Positions 18,375-27,880 of a stretch of DNA of 43,336 nucleotides are shown in pieces; positions within the stretch are counted from its first letter, which is position 1; the number at the start of each line of letters is the position of its first letter. Position numbers and translations under genes: made by a program. Under the pieces are notes generated by a model. That model did no database searches. It was given only the letters and a program-made list of their open reading frames with translations, and had not been told where the DNA came from. This DNA is from a virus. Lineage: Duplodnaviria > Heunggongvirae > Uroviricota > Caudoviricetes. The DNA is taken from the IMG/VR virus record IMGVR_UViG_2554235189_000011, positions 1 through 43,336 of that record, one strand, 5' to 3'.

Positions 18375-19705
18375 TGCACTGGCACCTTCAGAGGGATCAC
18401 CGGCACAAAGCCGGGATGCGTAATGGCATTACGCCGGATAATGTCCGCGTCACGCGCCGCGTTATCAAACCAGGTCGCCGCCAGCACCAGCGCGGGTAAA
18501 ACCTCATCCGGTGTGCGCTGAATGATCCGTGCAGACTGTTCAAGGCGCGTGTTGATATCCGCATTCAGATCTGCTTTCACCCGGCGCAGCGCCAGAAACA
18601 GCGCATCACTGGTTGTACGGGACAACTCCTTATCAATTGCCGTATTCAGTGTGTCGCGAATGTCAGTCAGTTCTTCCCACGTCGGCAGATCAACCGTGTT
18701 TTTCACCGCCGGTGCATTGTTCAGTGCCGGATGCGTGACGGAAGGCCAGCCGGTGCTCTGCGCAGCTGTTGTTGCCTGCCCCACTGCGGCATTCTGCATC
18801 ACCGCGGAAGTTGTTGGCGCAGGCAATCGGGTGACGGCATACGCCGCTTCGCTGATTGCGGTCGTACGAAGGGTGCTGGCAACCACGTTACGCTGCTGCG
18901 TCGCCGTGGCGGTGGTTTTACTGTCCGTTTTCCAGACGCCGCGCGGTTGCAGATCGCTGCCGAGGCTGACACCGGAAAGCGTTTTGATCATGGTGACCAG
19001 GTCGCTGGCGTTACCATAAAGGCGTTTCCCGGTACGCCACATTTTCTGCACCTGCTCAACGAAATTTTTGCCTGACGATGGTGGCGGCAGAAGTACCGAG
19101 ATATCCCCCTGCAACAGCCTGGCAGCATCCGATACGGCAGAATCCACCACTTTCATCGCATCAGAAACATACCCAAGCATTGTGCTGGCATTACCGATAA
19201 CGTCGTTCTGCACAAAATCCGCCACGCCATCGATACTGAAACCGCTGAAGCTGTCACTGATGCAGTTATCCAGTGCAGAACAGGATGACATCAGCGTCTG
19301 CGCCGTCGCCGCACCTGATGTGGGGTAAGAGAGTTCTCCTGCTTCGACAAACTTCAGGTCAAAGCGGACAATACGCCCTTCACTTTTCGATGTGCTGACC
19401 CGAACTTCCCCGTCAACACAGACTTTCAGCTCACCGTATGTCGGATGGACAAGCGTGCCGGGACCGGGTTTATTCAGCGCGTCAATCAGGCGATCGCGCT
19501 GGTCAAAGCAGTCATCTCCCACCACATAAGCCGTGATGGACGGGCGAAAAGTGATTTTCCCCAGGTCTTCGGTATAGGGTTTGTCGCGGTTCGGGTATTC
19601 ATGTGTTTCCACACGGCGACCGGTTCCCGCACTTTCTTCTTCAACCTTAAACGGCACACCTCGAAATGACGCATCCTGAAGCCTGTCTTTCCACGTCATA
19701 TACAC
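18371..19705 (-). CDS. Mu gp43-like DNA circulation protein
   Basis: 444 aa; position after tape measure. Confidence 0.7.
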   Translation of the reverse strand: MYMTWKDRLQDASFRGVPFKVEEESAGTGRRVETHEYPNRDKPYTEDLGKITFRPSITAYVVGDDCFDQRDRLIDALNKPGPGTLVHPTYGELKVCVDGEVRVSTSKSEGRIVRFDLKFVEAGELSYPTSGAATAQTLMSSCSALDNCISDSFSGFSIDGVADFVQNDVIGNASTMLGYVSDAMKVVDSAVSDAARLLQGDISVLLPPPSSGKNFVEQVQKMWRTGKRLYGNASDLVTMIKTLSGVSLGSDLQPRGVWKTDSKTTATATQQRNVVASTLRTTAISEAAYAVTRLPAPTTSAVMQNAAVGQATTAAQSTGWPSVTHPALNNAPAVKNTVDLPTWEELTDIRDTLNTAIDKELSRTTSDALFLALRRVKADLNADINTRLEQSARIIQRTPDEVLPALVLAATWFDNAARDADIIRRNAITHPGFVPVIPLKVPVQ

Positions 19706-19719
19706 TCCGAAAATAAAAA

Positions 19720-19750
19720 AGCCACCTATTAGAAGGTGGCCTTGTAATGA
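19720..19750 (-). terminator. rho-independent terminator downstream of moron 19761-20291
   Basis: GCCACC-TATTAGAA-GGTGGC hairpin followed on minus strand by TTTTTTATTTT. Confidence 0.65.
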
Positions 19751-19760
19751 ATTTTATTAA

Positions 19761-20291
19761 TTAGCGAGTCAGAAACAACGAATCTTTATACTTTTGCTGT
19801 TGTTCATTTAAATACTTAGCTGTTTCATCGCTGGCAAATGGAAATATTACCGTATTTTTAGGCATGGTAATTTCTTTTTTGTCCAGCGTCAGAGTAAACA
19901 TAGGAACATACTGAGCAGAGTAACGCACCGCAGAAACGAGCTCTAGTTTAGACTCTTCAATAACACTTAAATTATCCAGGCTAACTTTCTCTTCATCTTT
20001 TTTCTTTGACGCATTTAAAGTTTTTATTACTTTATTTAATTTCTCCTGAAAATCCTCCTTAAAGTTTTCAGGATTGCCGTCGACAACAAGAATCTGTTCA
20101 CCCTGATTATCTGGAAAAATAATCTTTGCACTTATCAATTTATTTTCTTTATAAACATCACCAAGTTTTATGGCTCCTCCAGATAACTGAATAATATGTT
20201 CATCTTTAAAGGAGATGTTGCCAGAGATTATGAGAGATGAAAAAATAGCCGCTGCTCCAAGAATTACACTTGCTGTGATATAGCCTTTCAT
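19761..20291 (-). CDS. moron: secreted or membrane-anchored protein of unknown function
   Basis: 176 aa, N-terminal signal-like MKGYITASVILGAAAIFSSLIISG, very low GC; inserted between tape measure and gp43. Confidence 0.65.
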   Translation of the reverse strand: MKGYITASVILGAAAIFSSLIISGNISFKDEHIIQLSGGAIKLGDVYKENKLISAKIIFPDNQGEQILVVDGNPENFKEDFQEKLNKVIKTLNASKKKDEEKVSLDNLSVIEESKLELVSAVRYSAQYVPMFTLTLDKKEITMPKNTVIFPFASDETAKYLNEQQQKYKDSLFLTR

Positions 20292-20326
20292 TTTTCGCCT
20301 ATTAACATTTTTCTAAATGTGCATTA

Positions 20327-20354
20327 ATTCTATCACTCTATTTATGACTTACAA
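20327..20354 (-). promoter_or_regulatory. sigma70-like promoter candidate for the moron
   Basis: Minus strand TTGTAA-16 nt-TAGAAT upstream of 20291. Confidence 0.45.
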
Positions 20355-20382
20355 CCAGCAATACCTGTGAGGGGAATCCTGG

Positions 20383-22214
20383 CTACCAAAATCGGGTATA
20401 GCCAACATCGTGATTTATATCAATGCCACTGGAGCGTGTTTCCGTAACCCGCATACCTGATGGCATATTTATAAATGATACCTTGATCTCACCATCAACT
20501 TTTGGCGCGGTAGCTTTATTAATCATGAAAGGATTCGGGCCTGTGGCACCGGAGGCGTTGTTTGCCTGAGCCGGATCCACCTCCGGATAAGGAGTGTATC
20601 CCCGTGGCGGTATTCCCGTCCCATAAGCATCATAAGCACCCGCGCCCCACTGCGCCGAGTTAATGGCATCGACCGTGTCACCGGAACTGTCGGTAAACCA
20701 TTCAATAATCGGCTTCAGCTTATCCCACATATCCTGAAACCACTTAACAACCGGTCCCCAGTTATTGATCACCATCCCCAGCGGCGACCAGGCAAAAACC
20801 TTCTTCAGAAGTTCCCAGCCAGCCTCAAAATAAGGACTAATGGTTTCCCAGAGTTTCTTAAAATAAGGTCCGACAACATCCCAGTTAGTGATAATTAATC
20901 CCGCAGCCAAGGCAATCGCCGTCGCAATCATGCCAATCGGCGTCATCGACATGATCCTGCTGACGATACTGATGGCACTGCCCACGCCCATCAATCCCAG
21001 TTTCAGAATCGCAAGACCGGCAGCAAGCCCGACGACGCCGCGAATAACCCGGGGATTTTCATCCGCAAACTTCGTGAATTTTTCCCCTAACTCCCCCAGC
21101 CATTGCGTGATATTTTTGGCGTCACCAGAAAATGCGCCGCCAATAGCCGCAAGGCCGTTAGTTGCGGTCCCCGTCATTGCCTCCCACAGGTTGGACAGCG
21201 TACCAAGCTGTGCCTGAACACGTTTATTCAGGCTGGCCTGTTTATTCATCTTCTGCTGGATCTGATCGTAGCCATCCTTTCCTTTATCGATCAGCGCATT
21301 GACCACCTGAAGGGTTTCGGCATCATCACCAAATATTGCCTTAAGTACACCAGTTCGTTTAACGTCGGTCAGTTTTCGCAGCTTTGCCAGTTGCCTGAAC
21401 ATGTTATCAAGACCGCCAAAACTCCCTTTGCCGTCAGTAAAATCGAGCTGTACCCCGAGTTTCTGGCGGGCCATGATTTTATTGACGTCCCTGATTTTCT
21501 TAACGCTTAATCCGGACTGGATAACTTTTCGCAGGGCGTTACCTGCCGACTCCCCGTTCATCCCCATCTGATCCATCATGACGCTGATGGGGCAAGGCTC
21601 TGTGCAGCCTGAAGACCGTCCTTGTTCACCATCTTCAGAACAGAGCTGGTTTTAGTGAAGAATGACAGCATGTTGGTGTCGTCAACGCCCAGATAAAACG
21701 CCTTCTGAATTGTGTCGAACAGCCCCATCATGTCTTCTGAGGCCGTTCCGGTAGCATCCTGCATCTTTGCGGCAAACTCGGCAGCCGCTTCCGGTGTTTT
21801 TTTCAGTTGTACCGCAAGATAAGCTGTCGCTTTACCCACACCACCCAGAATGTTTTCTGCCGGGATCCCCTGACGCACCAGCATCTGCATCATGTTCTGG
21901 AAATCAGCCGTTGTACCGGGTAGCTGGTTACCCAGGCCAATAGCCAGTTTATTGATGTCCTGAAAGCTCTTTCCAACCTCGCCGTTCGCATCCATCATGG
22001 CGACTTTCAGCCCGGTAGCGGCGTTTTCCTGATCGGCATAAGATTTCAGGGAAAGCGTCAGCCCCGCTGCCAGTCCGCCACCAAGCGCCAGCCCAGCCTG
22101 TGACGCTTCTTCCGCCTGGCGTTTAAATCCCCGGATTTTCTTTTGCATTTTCGACAGCGCGGGAGAAAGCCTGTCGACACCGGTGATCAACGCCTTAAGC
22201 TCAAATTCAGCCAT
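20383..22214 (-). pseudogene. tail tape measure protein, split into two ORFs by an apparent 1-nt frameshift
   Basis: N-terminal ORF 21576-22214 (212 aa) and C-terminal ORF 20383-21579 (398 aa) overlap as TCATGATG; reading through in the second frame gives ...SLAPISVMMDQMG...; G4 run at 21589-21592. Confidence 0.7.
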
Positions 22215-22389
22215 GTGTGCGTTTCTCCTGCTCTATCCTGTTTGCCTGACTGACCAGCAAGGGAATTTCACTGATCGGCATATTCAGCAATTCGAAGGGA
22301 TTAATGCGCCAGTAGCTGGCGCAGTCAAAGAAGCGATCAGTGAGGTATTCAGCCGTCAGGCCTGGAGGAAAAAACCAGCCACAAGCCAC
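22207..22389 (-). CDS. -1 frame extension of tail assembly chaperone
   Basis: Overlaps the chaperone 3' end; slippery heptamer T-TTT-TTC (revcomp of 22368-22374) sits in the overlap. Confidence 0.6.
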   Translation of the reverse strand: MACGWFFPPGLTAEYLTDRFFDCASYWRINPFELLNMPISEIPLLVSQANRIEQEKRTHG

Positions 22390-22625
22390 GCCGCTGCATT
22401 CAGGTCTGCCGGAGACATCTGGTCGACAGAGCTTTGCGGCACTTTCGCCAGCCGCACAATGTATTTCGACACCACATGCGCCAGAAGTCTGACGGACTCA
22501 TCCTGATTCATCTGGTAGGGATACCCCAGCTCGCGGACATCCTTCCCGGTGGGTTCATCAAACTCCAGTACGGAGAGTGTCTCACCATGAGCGATAATCG
22601 GTTTCTTTAACTCAAGCTCTTTCAT
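22356..22625 (-). CDS. tail assembly chaperone
   Basis: 89 aa between tail tube and tape measure. Confidence 0.7.
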   Translation of the reverse strand: MKELELKKPIIAHGETLSVLEFDEPTGKDVRELGYPYQMNQDESVRLLAHVVSKYIVRLAKVPQSSVDQMSPADLNAAAWLVAGFFLQA

Positions 22626-22981
22626 TACTGGTAATCCCCTTCTTCACCGTGGAACTCAAGATCAACCGTGCCTTCTTCGGCATTATGGTTCGCTTCGCCG
22701 TGCAGCCAGGCGGACGACAATACATAGACCTGACCGTTCGCCAGCTCGGCAGTGATGGTCATCTCATCAGACGAGGTGATTTTGCTCACCGGAAAATTCT
22801 TCGGCACCTTGAAGGTCCCTTTGACATAAGGCGCACGGTGAGTTTCCTTGCGGTCCACTGAACCGTCCAGGCCGATGATGTCATCATTGACCGTCCTGTT
22901 CATGGGCACCTCAATGCCGCCGGTCAGCGATAGCTGCTGACCGTCAATTTTGAAATAACAGGTTCCCCCGATACGGGCCAT
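22625..22981 (-). CDS. tail tube protein
   Basis: 118 aa directly after sheath. Confidence 0.75.
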   Translation of the reverse strand: MARIGGTCYFKIDGQQLSLTGGIEVPMNRTVNDDIIGLDGSVDRKETHRAPYVKGTFKVPKNFPVSKITSSDEMTITAELANGQVYVLSSAWLHGEANHNAEEGTVDLEFHGEEGDYQ

Positions 22982-24477
22982 TATGCAGACTCCTCTGAAT
23001 ACTGAAGACGGAACTGGTTAACCACGGCAAAAACACGCAACTGGTTAACATAGTCAGGCGGGAACAGCGTGTTCAGGCGGTTCGGATCGCTGGCATCACG
23101 CTCAACAACCAGGTACTGCTTAAACAGTTCGTAGTTTTCCACGATCCCCGCACGCTCAAGCTGACGGTAGGTTGCCAGCAGTTCCCCTTTGATTACCGCC
23201 GGGGTGACAATCGCCTGACCGGGACCAAAGCGGGTACCGTCGCTGGCAAGCTTGTGACGCCCGTACTTACTGGTAATGACGGATTTCAGTTTGCGCAGTA
23301 CATACGCACTGGTATGCAGCGTCTCGCTGTCGAGGTAGCTGTTATCCGCAACCCCGTAAGCATTTTTCCTGTACGTGGTGACATCACGCTGAATGCGCAG
23401 CCCCCCGCTTTCGACATACGCCGTTGCCACGCCATGAGACAGCAGGGTCTGCTGCTCGGTCATCGTGAACCGTTTCCCCTTCGGCGCAGGCAGCATACCC
23501 ACCAGCTCACCGGTCTGCGTGGGACGTGCCGGATCGTTGCGGATAAACACCGCTGCGCGGGCGGTACGGCTTGCCGCCAGCTCGTCGGCAGGCGTCTGGG
23601 TCTCTTTTTCGTACCCCGCCAGGGTGATGTGCTGCTGGTTAAACTGGTCACCTGCGTTCACCAGTTCTGACAGTGTGCCGGTCTTTGCCGTATACACATG
23701 ACCATACAGCTGACGCGCATAGCTCCAGCGACCGCTGGTATCGTTCATCTCGGTCACCAGCGTGTTAACGGAGGCCGTGTCGTTGAACGGCAGACCGATA
23801 TAATCAAACGGCTCATCCGCCATTGCAGCCACCGCGCCGGTGAGAACCGGAGCGCCCGTTCCGGCGGTCCCCGTCGCCACGGCAATCTGTACGCCCGCTG
23901 GCAGCACTTCACCCCCACCGAAGCCGTAGTAATTGAGGCTGACAGGAATTTCATTCCCGCAAAGCCCCTTATGACGCGCGGTCAGCGTGACAACACCAGC
24001 CGAAGATGAAGCTGTAAACGGCAGAGTCGGAACGGCATTGATGGCATCCTGGATACTGCTGGCAATCGTCGTGACGTTATCGCCGTTGGTCACCGGAGCC
24101 TGCACGCGGGTACGTCCCACATAGACATTCACCGTGCCGCTTTCGGTTGCTTCCCCGGTCACCGTCAGCGTAACCGTTGCCGCCGCGCCTGTGGATTCAG
24201 GAACGGCAATCACATACAGCTCGCCAAACGGGTCAGTCTGGCGATAAGCCTCGACCATACGCGCCAGCTGACTTCCCGCACCACAAATCTGGCGTGCATA
24301 GTCTGCCGACGGCATCAGTACCAGACTGTTGGCAACAATCTCTGCACCGTTATTGGCATGACCAATCAGCAGCGATGCTCCGCTGTCCTGTGCAGTATTC
24401 GCCGCCTGGTTATCCATTTCCGCATAAAACAACGGAACCAGCGTATTCGACGGAATGGTGTTAAAGCTTATCGTCAT
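22981..24477 (-). CDS. contractile tail sheath protein
   Basis: 498 aa, sheath-tube-chaperone-tape measure order. Confidence 0.8.
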   Translation of the reverse strand: MTISFNTIPSNTLVPLFYAEMDNQAANTAQDSGASLLIGHANNGAEIVANSLVLMPSADYARQICGAGSQLARMVEAYRQTDPFGELYVIAVPESTGAAATVTLTVTGEATESGTVNVYVGRTRVQAPVTNGDNVTTIASSIQDAINAVPTLPFTASSSAGVVTLTARHKGLCGNEIPVSLNYYGFGGGEVLPAGVQIAVATGTAGTGAPVLTGAVAAMADEPFDYIGLPFNDTASVNTLVTEMNDTSGRWSYARQLYGHVYTAKTGTLSELVNAGDQFNQQHITLAGYEKETQTPADELAASRTARAAVFIRNDPARPTQTGELVGMLPAPKGKRFTMTEQQTLLSHGVATAYVESGGLRIQRDVTTYRKNAYGVADNSYLDSETLHTSAYVLRKLKSVITSKYGRHKLASDGTRFGPGQAIVTPAVIKGELLATYRQLERAGIVENYELFKQYLVVERDASDPNRLNTLFPPDYVNQLRVFAVVNQFRLQYSEESA

Positions 24478-24631
24478 CGGTGTTCACCTTTTTATTCACG
24501 CGCCGGATATCACCCGCTGCTTCACGGCGCAGCCAGTAGTTGTTCTCGTCAACATTTCGCCCTTCGGCGGGCAAAAGGTCGCCGCGGGCAGGGTCAGGCA
24601 CTGACCGCCCTTTAACAGGTTTGACAAACAT
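24461..24631 (-). CDS. small protein upstream of sheath (56 aa)
   Basis: MFVKPVKGRSVPDPARGDLL...; stop overlaps sheath start; missed by the 60-aa ORF track. Confidence 0.5.
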   Translation of the reverse strand: MFVKPVKGRSVPDPARGDLLPAEGRNVDENNYWLRREAAGDIRRVNKKVNTDDDKL

Positions 24632-24639
24632 GAGGATCC

Positions 24640-25200
24640 TCAGGAAGGAAGGGTTATTTCGGTGTGATGTTCGATATCGCCGTCAGGCCCGTTACCGGGA
24701 TCGAGATAATCAACATCAATCGCCAGCGTTCGCAGTTCATCCAGACTGTTCAGCTCATCCTGCTGGCGGGTATCGTCTTCGGTCAGCTCGCTGATGACCG
24801 AAAAATCGAACTGATAAATCAGCTCATGACGATTCAGATCCAGCAGCGTGCCGCCGTCATAGGTAATCGGGTTACCGCACGCTTCCGGGTTCCAGCCCAG
24901 CAGGGCCTTAAAGAGCATCTGCCGGACATCGTCCACCACATCATACGAAGCAAACTGACCGCGCTCATCACGCCCGTTACTCAGTATGACAACCACGGAG
25001 AAGCCCTCTTTCAGCTCCTGCCAGTAGTCGGTCTGGCTTTTGTTTTCTCCCGGAGAATCATCCCCCGGTACCACATATGCCGCCGGGAGTTTCAGCTTTC
25101 CGACCTCCGGCAGATTTTTGAACTGGGCCGCGCCTGCAACCCGGTTTTCAAAATACTGACAGCGGGCACGCAGTGCAGCAATAACAGGCGTCAGTTTCAT
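24640..25200 (-). CDS. tail completion / tail-associated protein (Mu gp37-like)
   Basis: 186 aa, synteny. Confidence 0.6.
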   Translation of the reverse strand: MKLTPVIAALRARCQYFENRVAGAAQFKNLPEVGKLKLPAAYVVPGDDSPGENKSQTDYWQELKEGFSVVVILSNGRDERGQFASYDVVDDVRQMLFKALLGWNPEACGNPITYDGGTLLDLNRHELIYQFDFSVISELTEDDTRQQDELNSLDELRTLAIDVDYLDPGNGPDGDIEHHTEITLPS

Positions 25201-25703
25201 CTGTGTCGTCGCTCCGGCTTCAGTGATTTACGCAATTCCCGCGCCAGAAAATAGCGTGTCCAGCTGCGGTTCTTTTCAAGCGTTTCCACCATGAAGTTAT
25301 TACGTGGAGCCAGTCGCCAGCCGCTGCCACCGGATGCACCACGATGATGACTACGACGACGTCTTGCTCCTCCCCGGACACCAAAAAACAGAAACGCCGG
25401 ATAGAAGTCACCAGAGATCATCCGGTTCCCCTTCCCGTTGTGCTGGTTAGGGGCAATGCGTGTCATAAAACCGGCTCGCTTTTTACTGGCTCTGGGTACC
25501 ATGTAACCAATCGAACGAGCCAGGCGTCCGGTCTGATAACCGGGGTTTTCACCCGGTGCCGACCGCGCACGGCGCATCACCAGCCGACGGGCATCACGCA
25601 TATGACGCTGACCAATCGTGACAAACGCCCGCCGGACACGGGCGCGGTTAAAGCGCATCTCCGCGGGCTGCTGAAAATCAACGTGCAAAAAGGAAGTCGT
25701 CAT
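25197..25703 (-). CDS. virion morphogenesis / neck protein (basic)
   Basis: 168 aa Arg-rich protein between head closure and tail genes. Confidence 0.6.
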   Translation of the reverse strand: MTTSFLHVDFQQPAEMRFNRARVRRAFVTIGQRHMRDARRLVMRRARSAPGENPGYQTGRLARSIGYMVPRASKKRAGFMTRIAPNQHNGKGNRMISGDFYPAFLFFGVRGGARRRRSHHRGASGGSGWRLAPRNNFMVETLEKNRSWTRYFLARELRKSLKPERRHR

Positions 25704-26088
25704 TGTTGCCTCCGTGACTCTGCCTACATTCGCCCAGCTCCGTACACTCCAGCAGCAGAAAGCGCCGCGCCCCGTTCAGATCGCGCTGACGTTTCACCCG
25801 GTACACACTGTCATCACAGACCACCTCATAATCAGCAGTGATCCCCCGGCGGTAGCGAATGGTGATGTAATGGGTGATGGCGTCTCCGGTCTGCGCGGTT
25901 TCCTGCCAGGTGGTGGCACTGGTCTGGATAACCCTCGCCCATGTCCGGAACATAACCGGGTATTGAGGCTCCACGCCAAAGTTATCCGCGGGCATATCCA
26001 CCCGCTGGCGGATCAGGACGCGTTTATTCAGTTCGCCGGGGTCCGGCAGAATGTAGGTTGCGCTGGTCTGCGCCTGACGAATTTTCAT
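25678..26088 (-). CDS. head closure / head-tail joining protein
   Basis: 136 aa, synteny. Confidence 0.6.
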   Translation of the reverse strand: MKIRQAQTSATYILPDPGELNKRVLIRQRVDMPADNFGVEPQYPVMFRTWARVIQTSATTWQETAQTGDAITHYITIRYRRGITADYEVVCDDSVYRVKRQRDLNGARRFLLLECTELGECRQSHGGNNDDFLFAR

Positions 26089-26408
26089 TGCGGAAAGTAC
26101 CTGTACGGGCCAACAAGCCAGCCAAAACTCTGCGGCATGTCGAGTTTCTCCACTTCCGTAACCGACGAGCGGTTTTCGTAAAAATGGCTGATAAGCATCA
26201 GCATCCCCAGGCGAATATCATCCGGCAGGTGCAGTCCGTCCGGATCGCTGTCCGGAATGGTTTCATCCGGTGCATAGAGCTTCCGGTTCAGATACGTTTC
26301 CGTCCGCTTTTGCGCCGCACAGGCCAGCAGTTGCAGATGGCGGTCATCAGCATCGAAATCCTCATCCAGCCGGAGTTGGGCTTTAATCTCTTCCATTGTC
26401 AGAAGCAT
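26085..26408 (-). CDS. head-tail connector protein (gp6-like)
   Basis: 107 aa directly after capsid genes. Confidence 0.6.
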   Translation of the reverse strand: MLLTMEEIKAQLRLDEDFDADDRHLQLLACAAQKRTETYLNRKLYAPDETIPDSDPDGLHLPDDIRLGMLMLISHFYENRSSVTEVEKLDMPQSFGWLVGPYRYFPQ

Positions 26409-26410
26409 AC

Positions 26411-26611
26411 TCAGCCCTCTTTACTGGCCGTGGCTTTTTTCTCTTTTGCCGCTTTACTGCTTTTTGCACTGGTTCCGCGCTCTGCTAAACCGGCCTGAAG
26501 TGCAATCTCCTGCACCCGGGCAGGAAGCGCCCCGTCGTCATACTCACCGGCCCGAATGACCTCAACACGCATACCGTCCGGTGACCATTTCAGATCTTGT
26601 TTCAGGATCAT
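26411..26611 (-). CDS. small head-associated protein
   Basis: 66 aa, Lys/Ala-rich C-terminus, just downstream of major capsid gene. Confidence 0.5.
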   Translation of the reverse strand: MILKQDLKWSPDGMRVEVIRAGEYDDGALPARVQEIALQAGLAERGTSAKSSKAAKEKKATASKEG

Positions 26612-26660
26612 GATTCTTCACCCGTCAGAACAGGGGGCGCGGTTCCGCGCCCCTGAGTGA

Positions 26661-27866
26661 TTACGCCGCTGCAATCTTCAGCAGTTTGATGGCCTGCGAA
26701 TCGACCAGCATCCCGCCGGTGCGCTTGGTGGTATAAAAACCGACAAACGGTTTATTGGTGTACGGGTCACGCAGAATGCGGGTGCCGATACGGTCAACGA
26801 TGGTGTAACCCCGTTTGAAGTTACCAAATGCAATGGCTTTCGCATCAGCGGCGATATCCGGCATCTGTTCGTTTTCAGCGATACCGTAACCCGCCAGAGA
26901 GGACGGCTGCCCCAGTTCCAGCCCCGGACGCCACAGATAGTTACCCTCGGTGTCTTTCAGCAGACGGATGGCAAACAGGCTGTTGTTGTTCATCATGAAC
27001 TTCGCGCCAGTGCGGTGTGCCTTACGCAGCGTGTAAATCAGTTTGATAATGGCGTCTGCGGTCACCGCGGTCGCTTCGCCGGATACAATATGCTGAAGTT
27101 TGCCGAACGCCCGGACCTTGTCGGTTTCATCAGTGGATTCATACGCCAGGAACCCTTTCGGCTTCTTGGTGCCATCGCCTGAGGTAAAGGCAATTTCTTC
27201 CTGTTCGGCAAATTCGGTTGCCAGCTCGCTGTTGATCCAGGCCTCCACGTTGAAGAAGGCATCGTCCAGCATTTTCTGGGTAGCCTGCGGGTTGCCGTAA
27301 ATTTCCCCCATGAGAGGTTCAATCAGCTCCAGTCTGGAGGTGGCAGTCTGGGATCGCGTATCCGTTTCCCCCACCCATCCGGAAGCCGTACCGCCCAGAT
27401 TCACCAGTTTTTTGTAGTCGGAACCGCCAACGGTGATCACCGTGGCTTCCTGACGCATCACCACTTCATCTTTCAGCAGGTTAAGAATGTTGCGATCCAG
27501 TTCTTCCGGCACGGCGTAGCCACCGTCTTCATCGGTACCCACCTGCAATGCCTTACGCTCCAGATCGCGCAGACCGTCTTCACGGCCTTTACGCAGGAAG
27601 CCCACAAACGCCTCTTTATGCTCGGTGGCCAGTTTATTTTGCGCTCCACCAGCCGGACGTTTCAGCTCAAGCAGCTCTTTTTCAAGGTCGCTTTTGAGAT
27701 TTTCCAGCTCGCTGAGTTTCCCGTTCAGGGTTTCCACCTGCCCGGCAAGCTTGCCTTTTTCCTGCTCAATCGCATCCACGCGCTTGTCGTTCTTTGCTTT
27801 GAAGTCGTCAAACTTCTGCTGCAGCTCCTGCGCGACCTGTTCGACATCTTTAATATCAACCGCCAT
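26661..27866 (-). CDS. major capsid protein (HK97 fold) with N-terminal coiled-coil delta domain
   Basis: 401 aa; coiled-coil N-terminus then capsid-like body; follows prohead protease. Confidence 0.85.
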   Translation of the reverse strand: MAVDIKDVEQVAQELQQKFDDFKAKNDKRVDAIEQEKGKLAGQVETLNGKLSELENLKSDLEKELLELKRPAGGAQNKLATEHKEAFVGFLRKGREDGLRDLERKALQVGTDEDGGYAVPEELDRNILNLLKDEVVMRQEATVITVGGSDYKKLVNLGGTASGWVGETDTRSQTATSRLELIEPLMGEIYGNPQATQKMLDDAFFNVEAWINSELATEFAEQEEIAFTSGDGTKKPKGFLAYESTDETDKVRAFGKLQHIVSGEATAVTADAIIKLIYTLRKAHRTGAKFMMNNNSLFAIRLLKDTEGNYLWRPGLELGQPSSLAGYGIAENEQMPDIAADAKAIAFGNFKRGYTIVDRIGTRILRDPYTNKPFVGFYTTKRTGGMLVDSQAIKLLKIAAA

Positions 27867-27880
27867 CGTATTTCTCCTGA

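Noticed and set aside
14328-19328. Numerous 60-160-aa ORFs on both strands inside the baseplate and tail genes (for example 14510-14908, 17483-17851, 18522-19019)
   Set aside because: Arg/Pro/Gly-rich translations typical of off-frame reading of GC-rich coding sequence; all are nested in longer syntenic ORFs.
23254-26498. Plus-strand ORFs within the sheath, neck and connector genes (for example 24664-25254, 25344-25841, 26058-26498)
   Set aside because: Antisense to a contiguous, translationally coupled minus-strand operon; no RBS or independent support.
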